A stretch of DNA of 64,000 nucleotides, from positions 4,990 through 68,989 of IMG/VR virus record IMGVR_UViG_3300026522_000030; one strand, 5' to 3'. The stretch comes from a virus. Lineage: Duplodnaviria; Caudoviricetes. The notes under the pieces were generated by a model that was not told the origin of the DNA, searched no databases, and worked only from the letters and a program-made list of their open reading frames with translations. How positions within the stretch are numbered: position 1 is the stretch's first letter; the number at the start of each line of letters is the position of its first letter. The position numbers and the translations under genes are program-made. Shown one piece after another: positions 17,028-27,862 of this stretch.

Positions 17028-18858
17028 AATCATTCTTACGCCCATAAAAAGAAAAATATGCGAGTTAGACGCTGAGTCTATAGCATATTATAGGCGCAAC
17101 CCGTGTATTGCTTCAGAAGATTTATTGGGGATTCGCTTAATTGATGCACAGAAATGGATATTACAAAGCACATGGAACGCATCGCATAGCGTGTGGTGTT
17201 GTAGTCGAAACTTTGGAAAGTCCTTTTTGGGTGCTGTATTTATGATTTTAAAAGCCATTCTTTATGAGAATCAAGCTATATATATAGTATCATCTGTTGG
17301 AGATCAGGCGAAGGAAACATTTAGCAAACTTGAGGAAATCATTACGCGCATGGGTAAGACAGCGGCTTCTATTCGTTCTCTCAAAGATATTGTTGAGAAG
17401 GAAACTAAAAAGACTGCAACTAACAAAACTGGTTTTAGTCACAATCCTGCTGGATATGAGGTTGAATTTTATAATGGTAGTTCAATTAATACGTTAAATA
17501 GCCGTCCAGATTCGGCAAGAAGTCGAAGGGCGCAAGTCGTATTTTTTGACGAAAGCGCATTTTGTTCTGACGAACTGATTACCGTCTGCGAGGCTTTTGC
17601 TACGCAGAACAGCGACTTTTCAACATCTATTGAAGATAATTATAATCCAGATGCGGAACATAGAAAAGTGCCTACTCAGTTAATATATGCATCATCACAA
17701 GATCAGATGGATAAGATGTTTTACAAACATTATAAAAATTTCTCAAAGCGTATGCTCGCAGGTGATAGAGATTATTTTGTCTGCGATATGATTTGTGATG
17801 TTGCAATTCAAACCTATATGAACGGAGAGCCATATACTCCCCTGCTGACAAGAGATAAGGTGGACGCAGCTCTCAAGAGTAATAAAGATAAGGCTCTTAG
17901 AGAATACTTTAATCAACCTACTATGGACGGTGGAAGTAGTCAGATTGTAAAGTGGGACACTATACGTCGAAATGAAAACTTTCATTTACCTACATTGCAT
18001 TGGAAACCTAATAGTAATATTGTTATAGCCTTTGATCCAGCGAGGACGGCAGATAATAGTATTATAGGCGTTATGAATGTATATCAAGATAAAGAGTTGG
18101 GCTGGTGTGGAGACATTATCAATTGTGTGAACATGATTGATAATGCTACTAAGAAAAAATACAAACTTGATTCTAATAGACAATTGGAAGAACTTAGAGC
18201 CTTGATAAATATTTACAATGGGCAGAATCCAGATTATGAGTATCTGAATCTGCTTGAAATTGACTCAGGTGCGGGCGGTGGTGGAGTTAGTGCTTATGGT
18301 GACGGACTCTTGAATGACTACTCGGATAAATATGGAAAAGTACATAGAGGGTTCATTGATAAAACTAATGAATTGTATCAAACCTATGTCAGTCGCTACC
18401 CAAATGCTTGTGATAAATTAAGACTTATAAGTCCTAAGAAATATCGTACTCAAATGGTTGAAGAAATGATAGAGCTTATGGATTTGGGCGTTATTAAATT
18501 CCCTTATGAGTATTCTGGACAGGACTTCATAAAAGTTATTGAAGGCATTGATGAGGAAGGTAATGAAATATGGGTAAACCATGAACTTTCAGATGACGAA
18601 AAAATGGCGTTAGTTCAAATAGACCTTATGAAAAACGAAGTAACTTCTATTCATAAGACTGAAAACGCAGAGAGAACTTCTGTCAATTATGCGCTATCAA
18701 AAGAAAAAGAAAATCGTATGCACGATGACCGTTTCTACGTTTTAATTATGCTTGCTCATAGATTGTATGAATTGCGTAGGGGTAGCGTAATAAATAAGCC
18801 TAAAGTTGAGGAAGATATAAACTTCTTCCTATCCCGCCCAGCCAAGACCTATAAATGA
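17002..18858 (+). CDS. terminase large subunit
   Basis: Walker A 'SRNFGKS', Walker B 'FFDES', nuclease 'DPAR..DNS' and 'HDDR'; start may be 17011 or 17014. Confidence 0.9.
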   Translation: MVIMMKKRKIILTPIKRKICELDAESIAYYRRNPCIASEDLLGIRLIDAQKWILQSTWNASHSVWCCSRNFGKSFLGAVFMILKAILYENQAIYIVSSVGDQAKETFSKLEEIITRMGKTAASIRSLKDIVEKETKKTATNKTGFSHNPAGYEVEFYNGSSINTLNSRPDSARSRRAQVVFFDESAFCSDELITVCEAFATQNSDFSTSIEDNYNPDAEHRKVPTQLIYASSQDQMDKMFYKHYKNFSKRMLAGDRDYFVCDMICDVAIQTYMNGEPYTPLLTRDKVDAALKSNKDKALREYFNQPTMDGGSSQIVKWDTIRRNENFHLPTLHWKPNSNIVIAFDPARTADNSIIGVMNVYQDKELGWCGDIINCVNMIDNATKKKYKLDSNRQLEELRALINIYNGQNPDYEYLNLLEIDSGAGGGGVSAYGDGLLNDYSDKYGKVHRGFIDKTNELYQTYVSRYPNACDKLRLISPKKYRTQMVEEMIELMDLGVIKFPYEYSGQDFIKVIEGIDEEGNEIWVNHELSDDEKMALVQIDLMKNEVTSIHKTENAERTSVNYALSKEKENRMHDDRFYVLIMLAHRLYELRRGSVINKPKVEEDINFFLSRPAKTYK

Positions 18859-18872
18859 AAGGAGATGATTAA

Positions 18873-20384
18873 TTGAAAGACGAATTAAATCAAACTGAGA
18901 TAGATGAACTCTACGACTACCGCAACTTTGCCCGACTTCGCAAACAGGTTTTAGCCGATCTGTCGAGTAGCGTTGAGCATCGAAACATCTTTCTCAAAAA
19001 GCATCCAAGAGACAAAATATTAAAAGCACTTCTCTGCCCTGACAAACCATCGTCGGAGAAAATGCTACGTGAGATTAGTCACTTCTTTTATGCGGTGTCG
19101 CCGCATTACCGTAGGGCGATAACGATGCTTGCAACTTTAATGTTGAACAACTATCTTATACGACCTGTTGGCGATACGGGCAACAAAGGTGTGGCGACGT
19201 TTAACAAAGAATATCGTAAGCTGTGCCGTACAGTTAGTCATTACAAATTAAAATCTTATTTGCCACAGATTTTAACAACCTGTCTCCTTGACGGTGTATT
19301 CTTTGGCATTGAATATGATGATACGGACAACTACTTTATTAAGCCAGTACGTCCCGAATTTTGCATAATCACCAGCGTGGAGAATGGAGTTTGGCGTTTT
19401 TCATTTGACCTTGACTATTTTACACAAAAAACACTTCGTTATCTCCCAGAGTATGGCAGAGATTTTGAAGCTGCATATTGGGCATATAGGGGCAAAAAAG
19501 ACCTTGAAGGTAAATGGATAATTCAGCCTGACAAAACAAAGCGTTGGTTTGAACCAAAAAAACAGATTTGTGTTAAGTTTGATCCTGAAATGGATTGGAC
19601 AATACCTCCATTCGTGGGTATATTCAAATCTATAATTGACCTCGACACTTATGAGGAAATCAAGAAAGACGGGGCAATACTTGATAATTATAAGCTCATT
19701 CATTATCGCATCCCAACTGATACAGATGGTGTCCCAAAATTAAGCTTTGAGCAAGCGAGCAAGTATTACAACTTAACTGCAAATCAAGTGCCAGAGGGTA
19801 TTGGTGTTGCGATGTCTCCGTTTGGTCTTGACACTGTGACACTAAAGGACAGCAACGATGCGACCAAGAACTATACAAAGGACGCAACTAAGGATTTGTT
19901 TAATAACTTTGGTATTGCACCCGTATTGTTTGGTATCATGGATAATGTCACATCTCAATCTCTTGAACTTGCAATACGTCCTGTGGAATCTATGATGATG
20001 AAGATTATTCGTCAAGTGCAACACGTTTATAATGTCAAAATACAGAAAATGGATATGAAAAATCTGTTTGAGATTTGCTTCTTGGAGCAAAGTATTTACA
20101 CATTTGATAGTGTACAGAACTATTATTTAAAGGCAGCTCAATACGGTATGTGTAGCAAACTGTATTACGCAGCTTCGCTTGGCTTAGAACCTATAGACGT
20201 AATAAATCAGAGTTATCTTGAAAATGATATTCTCAAGTGTTGTGATGAAATCTTTAATCGTCCGCTTATTAGTTCAAACACGCTGAGTAATGGCGGTGTT
20301 GAGGGCGAAAGCGGTAGACCGACAGAGGAGAACCCCACGGACAATACAGAGAGTAACGAGAATACCTCTAATGAATATAAATGA
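18873..20384 (+). CDS. portal protein
   Basis: 503 aa immediately after terminase; size and position. Confidence 0.75.
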   Translation: MKDELNQTEIDELYDYRNFARLRKQVLADLSSSVEHRNIFLKKHPRDKILKALLCPDKPSSEKMLREISHFFYAVSPHYRRAITMLATLMLNNYLIRPVGDTGNKGVATFNKEYRKLCRTVSHYKLKSYLPQILTTCLLDGVFFGIEYDDTDNYFIKPVRPEFCIITSVENGVWRFSFDLDYFTQKTLRYLPEYGRDFEAAYWAYRGKKDLEGKWIIQPDKTKRWFEPKKQICVKFDPEMDWTIPPFVGIFKSIIDLDTYEEIKKDGAILDNYKLIHYRIPTDTDGVPKLSFEQASKYYNLTANQVPEGIGVAMSPFGLDTVTLKDSNDATKNYTKDATKDLFNNFGIAPVLFGIMDNVTSQSLELAIRPVESMMMKIIRQVQHVYNVKIQKMDMKNLFEICFLEQSIYTFDSVQNYYLKAAQYGMCSKLYYAASLGLEPIDVINQSYLENDILKCCDEIFNRPLISSNTLSNGGVEGESGRPTEENPTDNTESNENTSNEYK

Positions 20385-20395
20385 GGAGGTAGACA

Positions 20396-20593
20396 ATGGA
20401 CAAATTCATAATGGTAGTAGAACCCAAAGCACAGGAAGAACTTGCGGCTTTGGGTTTTGCATATATTAAACAAACGCTCGATGGCAAGACAGTTTACGCT
20501 TTTGCCGATACAGAGGCTTTGCAAAAGCACTTGGCTGAGAAATACTCAGACGAGGAATGGCATTATATGAAGCGAAACCTCTTGTGTTTCTGA
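20396..20593 (+). CDS. hypothetical protein
   Basis: 65 aa, GAGGAGG RBS. Confidence 0.65.
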   Translation: MDKFIMVVEPKAQEELAALGFAYIKQTLDGKTVYAFADTEALQKHLAEKYSDEEWHYMKRNLLCF

Positions 20594-20636
20594 GTAATTC
20601 GAGAAACTACTGAGAAAGGAGGTAGAAGTAAGAACA

Positions 20637-21848
20637 ATGGATAAGTTTAGTGTTAATTCATCTACAAAGTTTACTGTACTTGAAGAATTAAATAGTGAGT
20701 TTACCCTTGTAAAGATTAAGGTTATGGCGACTGGAAAGAACCGCAATATGTCTTATTTTGACAAAGACGTTGTTGAAGCACATCTCAACTCTCTTAATTA
20801 TGCGCCTGTTGTTGCTCACCTTTTCAAAGATGAAAATGGAGAGTATAAAATTGGCGGACATGATATGTATATTGATTGGGAAGATTGGTCTGTTAAGTCT
20901 CTTTGCGTTCCTTTTGGTGTTGTAAAGGCTAATACCTTTGGGTGGGAAACTGTTAATGAGTACGGTATTGATGTTGATTATTTGACTTGCGAAGCGATTT
21001 TGTGGACTGGTAGATATCCCGAATTGAAAGAGACTATCTACTCTGAAGATATTTGGTGGAATCAGTCAATGGAGGTGGATTGCAAAGAATATAGACCTTT
21101 AGAATCAGATAGCAATTATATTGAAGTTCTTGATTTTGAGTTTAGTGCTCTTTGTCTCCTCTACAAGTCCGATGACCGCGACGAGAATGTGACGCCATGC
21201 TTTATTTCAGCAGACGTAACTCCTATTAACTTTAGCGCAGATGACTTTGCAATTAAGATGAATGAAATGAAACAGGCTATGTCCGAAGTCTTTGCTTTTG
21301 AAGATAAGGAAGGTGAAAACATGGACGAGAATAAGGAATTTACAGCAGAAACAGAACCCGAAGTAGTAGAACCTGAGACTTCTTCAAATGAAACTGAGCC
21401 TGTTGTAGAACCCGAAGTAATCCCCGTAGACTACGAGGCTCTTTACAATGACGCACTCGTAACAATTGACGCTCTTACTGCACAGAACGCAGATTTTGAA
21501 GCTCAGATTACTGCACTTAACGAGCAGATTTCAACTCTTACTCCTTATAAACTCGCAGTTGAAAAGGCTGAGAGAGAACAGGCTGAGAGTGAAATCTTTG
21601 CAAAGTATGATGGACGTATTGGCGAGATGCCCGAATACAAGCTTCTCAAAGAAAAGTCTAATGAATACGATCTTGAACAGCTCGATAAGGAATGTATTAT
21701 GCTTGTTGGCAAATTTGCAATGAGCACATTTGCTTTCAAAGAGTCTAAAACAACAAAAGCTGAAACTATGAAGTTTTCAGTAGAAACAACCCCCGCCAAA
21801 GTGTCTCCTTATGGTGACATATTTGAGCGATATGGAAATAACGATTAA
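20637..21848 (+). CDS. prohead protease / scaffold protein
   Basis: N-terminal 'GGHD..QSME..FSALCLL' protease-like domain and acidic coiled-coil C-terminal scaffold; lies between portal and capsid. Confidence 0.75.
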   Translation: MDKFSVNSSTKFTVLEELNSEFTLVKIKVMATGKNRNMSYFDKDVVEAHLNSLNYAPVVAHLFKDENGEYKIGGHDMYIDWEDWSVKSLCVPFGVVKANTFGWETVNEYGIDVDYLTCEAILWTGRYPELKETIYSEDIWWNQSMEVDCKEYRPLESDSNYIEVLDFEFSALCLLYKSDDRDENVTPCFISADVTPINFSADDFAIKMNEMKQAMSEVFAFEDKEGENMDENKEFTAETEPEVVEPETSSNETEPVVEPEVIPVDYEALYNDALVTIDALTAQNADFEAQITALNEQISTLTPYKLAVEKAEREQAESEIFAKYDGRIGEMPEYKLLKEKSNEYDLEQLDKECIMLVGKFAMSTFAFKESKTTKAETMKFSVETTPAKVSPYGDIFERYGNND

Positions 21849-21869
21849 TAGAAAGGAAGGTTAAAGTTT

Positions 21870-22352
21870 ATGGCACATGGAATTTTTAGAAGCGACTCAT
21901 GTTCTTACACACATGACGGCGCACTTATTAGAACAGCACAGGCTTATGGCGATATAGATAACGGCGCACCCATCCTCTGTGGTGGTCTTGCTACAACAGG
22001 CACTTTTGCTGGCGAGAGAGAGGTATTCACAACTTCTGCTGCTACAGGCGCAAACGCTGCTGACGTTTGGGTAGTTACATCTCCTGAACACGCATACATA
22101 ACAGATATGAAGCCTCTTGAGAACTTCTATAATGCTTCTGGCGATATTGCAAGAATCAGCAAGCTCGTAAAGTGCGACATTTTCTCAATTACAGGTGAGG
22201 TTTGCTCTGGCACACCTTCAACTACAGACAAGTACATTGCCGCAGGTAATGGCAAGTGGACAGCTTCTTCAGCATCTACAAAGGCTTTTGCACAGCTCCT
22301 TAACACAGAGGTAGTTGGTGGCAAGACAATGTACGTATTCGAGGTTCTTTAA
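21870..22352 (+). CDS. head decoration / capsid-associated protein
   Basis: small G/A/T-rich protein directly before the major capsid; highly expressed-type codon bias. Confidence 0.6.
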   Translation: MAHGIFRSDSCSYTHDGALIRTAQAYGDIDNGAPILCGGLATTGTFAGEREVFTTSAATGANAADVWVVTSPEHAYITDMKPLENFYNASGDIARISKLVKCDIFSITGEVCSGTPSTTDKYIAAGNGKWTASSASTKAFAQLLNTEVVGGKTMYVFEVL

Positions 22353-22380
22353 TTTAATATAGAAAGGAAGGTATTTGATT

Positions 22381-23361
22381 ATGGAAGCAAATTTCAGAAA
22401 ACTCTGTATTGACGCATACCGTGGCGTTCCTACTGCATTTGCAGAGGGCAACCCCACAGACGTTATTGTTAATAAGATTAAAGAGGCTAATAACGGCTCT
22501 ACAACTATAGACTATAAGGCAATCCGCGATGGCAAGTGTCCTGAACTCTTTGCAGTTATTGAGGAGCTTATTGACGTTGCTCTTGACGTTGCAACTCTTG
22601 AGGATTCACCTCTCAAGGATATGATCGAAACAAAGAATGGCGAGTGGGGCGACAAGCCTGAGTTCCTCGTTCCTGACAACTCACTTCTCACAGTTGATGT
22701 TGTTGCAAATGGCACACAGGGTATTCGCCGTCAGAGACTTATCGGTGGTCAGAAAGTTCCGCTTACACCTGTAAACAAGGCTGTCAAGATTTATGAGGAG
22801 CTTATTCTCATTCTCTCTGGCAGAATCGACTGGGTAGAGTTTGTAAATCGTGTAGCTAAGAGCTTTGAGCGTGAGTTCTATGCAAGCGTTGCAAAGCAGT
22901 TTAACAACCTCTCAACAGCAAGATTTACTGTAACTGCTTCTGGTTCACCCAGCGAGACAGGTCTGCTTAATCTTATTGAGAAGGTTGAGGCTGCTACTGG
23001 CAAGACTGCATACGTTCTTGGCACAAGAACAGCTCTCAGAAACTTCCCTATGTCTCAAATCGGAGAGACCGTGAAGGACGATTATTATGCCGTAGGATTC
23101 TCTCAGAGTTTCAACGGAACTCCTTGCATTAGACTCAAGAATTATCTTGATGCTGCTGGCAACTTTGTTCTTTCTGACACAAGAGTTTACGTTCTCGCAG
23201 GTGATGACAAGATTATCAAGCATTACATTGAGGGTGAGCCTATCGTAATCGCAAGAGATGCTGCTGACAACGCTGATCTCACACAGGAATACACTGTAAT
23301 CCGTCGTGAGGGTATCGCTGTTGTTGTTTCAGCTACAATGGGTGTTTACGACTTTACTTAA
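22381..23361 (+). CDS. major capsid protein
   Basis: ~326 aa, strong codon bias, followed by a terminator; canonical position. Confidence 0.8.
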   Translation: MEANFRKLCIDAYRGVPTAFAEGNPTDVIVNKIKEANNGSTTIDYKAIRDGKCPELFAVIEELIDVALDVATLEDSPLKDMIETKNGEWGDKPEFLVPDNSLLTVDVVANGTQGIRRQRLIGGQKVPLTPVNKAVKIYEELILILSGRIDWVEFVNRVAKSFEREFYASVAKQFNNLSTARFTVTASGSPSETGLLNLIEKVEAATGKTAYVLGTRTALRNFPMSQIGETVKDDYYAVGFSQSFNGTPCIRLKNYLDAAGNFVLSDTRVYVLAGDDKIIKHYIEGEPIVIARDAADNADLTQEYTVIRREGIAVVVSATMGVYDFT

Positions 23362-23370
23362 TCAAATTAT

Positions 23371-23395
23371 GGGCGGTTGAAATATACCGCCCTTT
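23371..23395 (+). terminator. intrinsic terminator after major capsid gene
   Basis: GGGCGGT/ACCGCCC stem followed by TTT. Confidence 0.7.
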
Positions 23396-23419
23396 ACATG
23401 AATTAAAGGAGAATTAAAT

Positions 23420-23953
23420 ATGGGTAGACCTACAAAGGCAAATACGGAAAAGGCAAGTGCCGAAAAGCCTGTAAGAATAAAAATTGATTCCGATTATCTT
23501 ATTCCTGTTAAAAGCAATGTGGGTGGAGTTCTATACTACAAGTCAAAGAAAACTGGATATGAGGAAGTATGGGATGAGACTGGCGTTGTAATTGAAATGG
23601 AGTACGGAGAACTTGTTTCTATGCGTAACTCTCAGAAGAAGTTTTTCATTAACAACTGGATTGTTTTTGAGGACACTGACGATTACACCGCCGACGAGAT
23701 TTATAAGGCTCTTAACGTGGATAAATATTATACTTCAAATGGTTTGTATAACAACATCGATGATATTTTTAGTTTCTCGGCTAAGAAGATTGAGGAAGTT
23801 GTTCCTACTCTCTCAAAGCCTGTAAAAGAGACTATTCTCACAAAGGCATACACCATGATGGCAGAGGAAGATGAACGACTGGATTCAAAGGCAAAGGTTA
23901 AGGCTCTTGAAAAGGCACTTGGCGTTAGTTTTGATATGGACGAGGTGAGCTAA
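23420..23953 (+). CDS. hypothetical virion-module protein
   Basis: 177 aa, AAAGGAG RBS. Confidence 0.7.
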   Translation: MGRPTKANTEKASAEKPVRIKIDSDYLIPVKSNVGGVLYYKSKKTGYEEVWDETGVVIEMEYGELVSMRNSQKKFFINNWIVFEDTDDYTADEIYKALNVDKYYTSNGLYNNIDDIFSFSAKKIEEVVPTLSKPVKETILTKAYTMMAEEDERLDSKAKVKALEKALGVSFDMDEVS

Positions 23954-24375
23954 TGACCGCTTACACAACAATTTACAACAGTTTCTTGGATAAGGTTAAC
24001 GACTACGATTTGGCGGATATGACCGCTGAGTTGGCGCAGACTTCAATGCGTGGTTGGCTTAATCAAGCTGTTGTAAGATTTTTAGAATCCTGCAAGAAGG
24101 ATTTGACTCAGACCGAGGAAGGCGGATTCACTGAGGATTTAGACCTTATGGAGATAGATATACTGACCGAGGGAATGGTTGAAGCATGGCTGAAGCCTAT
24201 ACGCAACAATCTTGACTTACTGCGAAACGCATTAAGCACTAAGGATTTTACGACTTTTTCTCCTGCAAATTTACTTGATAAGGTCAACGATACTTATTCT
24301 ATGGCTCATGCCAACTTCCTATCACGTATTAAAGAATATTCATTTATTCGCAACGATGTAGGTGACTTGATATGA
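23953..24375 (+). CDS. putative head-tail adaptor
   Basis: 140 aa helical protein; positional call. Confidence 0.5.
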   Translation: MTAYTTIYNSFLDKVNDYDLADMTAELAQTSMRGWLNQAVVRFLESCKKDLTQTEEGGFTEDLDLMEIDILTEGMVEAWLKPIRNNLDLLRNALSTKDFTTFSPANLLDKVNDTYSMAHANFLSRIKEYSFIRNDVGDLI

Positions 24376-24704
24376 GCGTAAAGATAGATTATGCAGAATT
24401 AGATGAGAGTGTTTTTCAGAACTACTTTCAGTATATGATAGGTAAGATTTACAAGATTTTGCCTATGAAAGAAGAAGGGTGCAAAACTCTTACGTCTTAT
24501 CTTGAAAGTCTCAAAATCGAGATGATTGGGAGTTACGGGTTGTATCGTCAACTTATGGAAGAACCGCAGTTTATGACCGCGTTGAATATCGTAGAATATC
24601 TGATTGATAATGATTATGATAACACGATATGCAAGCGCGAAGTGTTTAAGGCTATACGTTGTATAGAGAATATTAATAAGAAGTATTTTGGAAAGGAGGG
24701 ATAA
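24372..24704 (+). CDS. hypothetical protein
   Basis: translationally coupled ORF. Confidence 0.65.
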   Translation: MSVKIDYAELDESVFQNYFQYMIGKIYKILPMKEEGCKTLTSYLESLKIEMIGSYGLYRQLMEEPQFMTALNIVEYLIDNDYDNTICKREVFKAIRCIENINKKYFGKEG

Positions 24705-24705
24705 T

Positions 24706-25686
24706 ATGGCTGATTTCGATTCGTATAAGGCAAGGGTGCAGTTTCGAGGCGCAACGCAGAGAGATCGCACTTTATACCAAGAGAAACGTAATTTGAAAAT
24801 CAATGCTATAAACTCTCTCTCCTGCAAAGATTGTCTTGTTAATGGCGTACCACAGAAACTCGTTATTGATGACGGTACGCTCCCCTACTACAAGGAAGTA
24901 AAGAGTTTGCCCGATGAATATTTCAACGCTGGCGATTTGGTGGAATGGACTGGCGCAATGTGGCTCATTGTCTCCTGTGATTGGGATAAGGAAGTCTACA
25001 CATATGGCAAGATGCAACAGTGCAATTACTTGCTTAAATGGCAGAACGCAGATGCAGATGTTATCGAGCGTTGGTCAGTAGTGCTTAGTGCCTCTAAATA
25101 TAACAACGGCGAGAAGTATAATAACGTCATAGTTGTTGGCTCAAATCAGCTTATGGTGTATTTGCCGATTGATGAGGAAACTTTGAAACTGAGATCGGAC
25201 AAGCGTCTTATGATTGACTTTAATACGGAGTTACCAAAATGTTACGACATTACTCGTGTCGATACGGTTACTATGGGATATGACGGAACAGCCGAGCCGA
25301 GATATGACGGCAAGGGTTGTATTCTGCTTGTACTCACGGAAACTGAGATTAACCCCGATGTTGACAGAATTGACTTAATGCTTTGTGATTATGTAAATCC
25401 TAACGACATACCGCACCCAAGTCCAATAAACATAACATATTCGGGCGCACCATCTATTAGAATAGGTGGTCGTAAGACCTTTACGGCGGAGACTGAGAAT
25501 GAAGTTGTGTTCTCTCTCGTTAATTCCGCATTATTGGATGGCAAGCTGACAATGGAGCAGACTGGCAATAAATGCGTTGTCAAATGCGCTAATGATTCGG
25601 CTTTAGTTGGGGCAACTTTCAAGGTAGAAGTCGTAGGTGACGGTCAGCGGAGTGAGTTGCTTGTTGACGTAATTGGGGCGGTTTAA
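24706..25686 (+). CDS. putative head-closure protein with C-terminal Ig-like domain
   Basis: beta-rich; C-terminal 'ITYSGAPSIRIGG..FTA' Ig-like pattern; position. Confidence 0.5.
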   Translation: MADFDSYKARVQFRGATQRDRTLYQEKRNLKINAINSLSCKDCLVNGVPQKLVIDDGTLPYYKEVKSLPDEYFNAGDLVEWTGAMWLIVSCDWDKEVYTYGKMQQCNYLLKWQNADADVIERWSVVLSASKYNNGEKYNNVIVVGSNQLMVYLPIDEETLKLRSDKRLMIDFNTELPKCYDITRVDTVTMGYDGTAEPRYDGKGCILLVLTETEINPDVDRIDLMLCDYVNPNDIPHPSPINITYSGAPSIRIGGRKTFTAETENEVVFSLVNSALLDGKLTMEQTGNKCVVKCANDSALVGATFKVEVVGDGQRSELLVDVIGAV

Positions 25687-25701
25687 GGAGGTGTCAGGAT
25701 T

Positions 25702-26199
25702 TTGGCAAAGTCAAAGATAATAAGACAATACAAGAACAAAATTATGTCAGAGTTGTCGCAAGATGATGATATTATAAAAGGTCTTGGATTGAACGACGAC
25801 GAGTCGGAAGATGATTTGATTTGGGTCAGACTGATGCCCCATCATTACGTTCCAAACACACAAGAAAGTGTAAAGACATATATTACAGTAGAAATTGATA
25901 TTCCGCAAAGGCGTTCACGTTATGGCGAAAGCAGTAGCAGTATTTGGACGCATCCGTATGTTATATTCCGTGTTGTAACTCACCAAGAAGATATGAGATT
26001 AAATATCGTTGGTGAAAGTGGCACGAGAATGGACTACCTTGCTGAACTTATTGAAGATAAGTACGAAGGCAGACAAGACTTCGGCGTTGGTACATTAACA
26101 TTAGTGTCCGATGTGGCGGGCGATATTAATAATACTTATAGAGTTAGAGAACTTGTGTTTGAAACGGTAGATTTGGACGATAGCTTGTGCGAGGGGTGA
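25702..26199 (+). CDS. putative tail terminator / completion protein
   Basis: 165 aa, position before tail tube. Confidence 0.45.
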   Translation: MAKSKIIRQYKNKIMSELSQDDDIIKGLGLNDDESEDDLIWVRLMPHHYVPNTQESVKTYITVEIDIPQRRSRYGESSSSIWTHPYVIFRVVTHQEDMRLNIVGESGTRMDYLAELIEDKYEGRQDFGVGTLTLVSDVAGDINNTYRVRELVFETVDLDDSLCEG

Positions 26200-26205
26200 T
26201 CTCTC

Positions 26206-26964
26206 GTGCGAGACATTGACGAATTGAAACTATACCGTGGTGACAATTATAAGTTACCCAACGGTGTTGAAATAAAATGCCCAACTTTGGGCGAAATATG
26301 TGATTATGGGGAGAGCGAATATCTCTCCATGATTTCAGTGTTCACGGCAACTAATATAGACCGATGCGCTCAATTAGAAGATATGGGAATTGATTATACT
26401 GAGATAACAAATTTTCAAATGTTCACCATATTTGCAATGATGTTGTCCAACCACAAGGATAAAGAGAACAACAAGTTAGATGCATCGCCTTTATTCGGTG
26501 ATTTAGACTTTTCATCTTTTATTCCTGTAAAATGTGATAACGAATTGTGTATGGTTGATGAAAACGGTATCAAATTCAATAGTGATATTTTTGAGGAAAT
26601 GACGGCGTATATTCGTAAAATGCACGGTATGCCGCAACCTCAGTACACACAAGTCAAGGATAGTTTTGCAAAGAAGCAGTTGATAATTGACGCTCGAAAT
26701 GACGCTAAATATCAAGAGAGACTTCGTGCTTTTAAAGGCACTCACTCGGCTTATTTGCCATACATTTCGGCTCTCGTAAACCACCCAAACTTCAAGTATG
26801 GTTGGGATAAAGTGTGGGATATGAAAGTGTATGCGTTCTTTGATAGTTTGAAACGTATCTCGATAATTGATAATGCAAATCATTTATATCAAGGTTTATA
26901 TAGTGGCTGTATTGAATACAGCAAAATTAAGAAAGAATTAGATTGGCTAAAACCAATTGACTAA
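26206..26964 (+). CDS. hypothetical tail-module protein
   Basis: 252 aa ORF in operon. Confidence 0.65.
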   Translation: MRDIDELKLYRGDNYKLPNGVEIKCPTLGEICDYGESEYLSMISVFTATNIDRCAQLEDMGIDYTEITNFQMFTIFAMMLSNHKDKENNKLDASPLFGDLDFSSFIPVKCDNELCMVDENGIKFNSDIFEEMTAYIRKMHGMPQPQYTQVKDSFAKKQLIIDARNDAKYQERLRAFKGTHSAYLPYISALVNHPNFKYGWDKVWDMKVYAFFDSLKRISIIDNANHLYQGLYSGCIEYSKIKKELDWLKPID

Positions 26965-26984
26965 CACAGAAAGGTGGTAATAAT

Positions 26985-27851
26985 ATGGCAGTAGCTTTTA
27001 GCACAGACCTCTCTACATTCGTGCCTGAGAGAGCCATTTACGCTGTTGGCGAGAATAGCGACGGTTCGCTTTCTTGGATGACGAATCAGCTCATGGATTT
27101 TCAGATTAGCGTAGATGCAGAGGAAGATACTAAGACAGACGCTCAGGGAAATACCATATTCTCAATTTCGAGAGCCAAGTCTTGTGACGTTTCGTTTTCA
27201 ACTCCTCTCTTAACACTTGAATTAGTTGCAAGCATGAACGGATCAGAGGTGGAAAGAGGTTCTAATGCAAATCTTATTCCTGTTCCTAAGTTTGAGACAG
27301 TAAAGCTCATAGCAACATCTGGAAAGGTTACGGTTGATACAACAACAACAACCATATCTCTCGACCAGAGTGTAAGAAATAGTGGAACTGTTGGAACTCC
27401 TGTATATAAGGTGTCCGCCGCTTTCCTTACTAAAGACGGCTCTACAAGAAAGAAGCTCGAAAGAGGAACAACAACTCCTTCTTCTGGTGAATTTGTATTC
27501 ACTAAAGGTAGTGGTTCAGCAGATACTATTACAGTTCTTAATGCTGATTATGACGCTGGTTCTTCTATTCTTATTACTTACGAGTATGATACAGCAGATG
27601 CTATTCAGATTGTAAACTCCGCAGAGGAGTTCCCTGTTGCTTCTGTTGTTAAGGTACTCGTAAGAGGCTATGATGTATGCGATAAAACATCTCCTATATA
27701 CGCTTACTTCATATTCCCGTCAGCTAAGTTCCAGACTAACTACACTCTGGGAATGGCACTCGATTCTAATATTGACTGCAATCTGACGTGTTCTTATGAT
27801 TATTGCTCAGAGGCTCGTGAGCTTTATAGAATGGTTATTGCAGGTGAATAA
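26985..27851 (+). CDS. major tail (tube) protein
   Basis: 288 aa S/T-rich beta protein, strong codon bias, position. Confidence 0.7.
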   Translation: MAVAFSTDLSTFVPERAIYAVGENSDGSLSWMTNQLMDFQISVDAEEDTKTDAQGNTIFSISRAKSCDVSFSTPLLTLELVASMNGSEVERGSNANLIPVPKFETVKLIATSGKVTVDTTTTTISLDQSVRNSGTVGTPVYKVSAAFLTKDGSTRKKLERGTTTPSSGEFVFTKGSGSADTITVLNADYDAGSSILITYEYDTADAIQIVNSAEEFPVASVVKVLVRGYDVCDKTSPIYAYFIFPSAKFQTNYTLGMALDSNIDCNLTCSYDYCSEARELYRMVIAGE

Positions 27852-27862
27852 GGAGGCTTATA

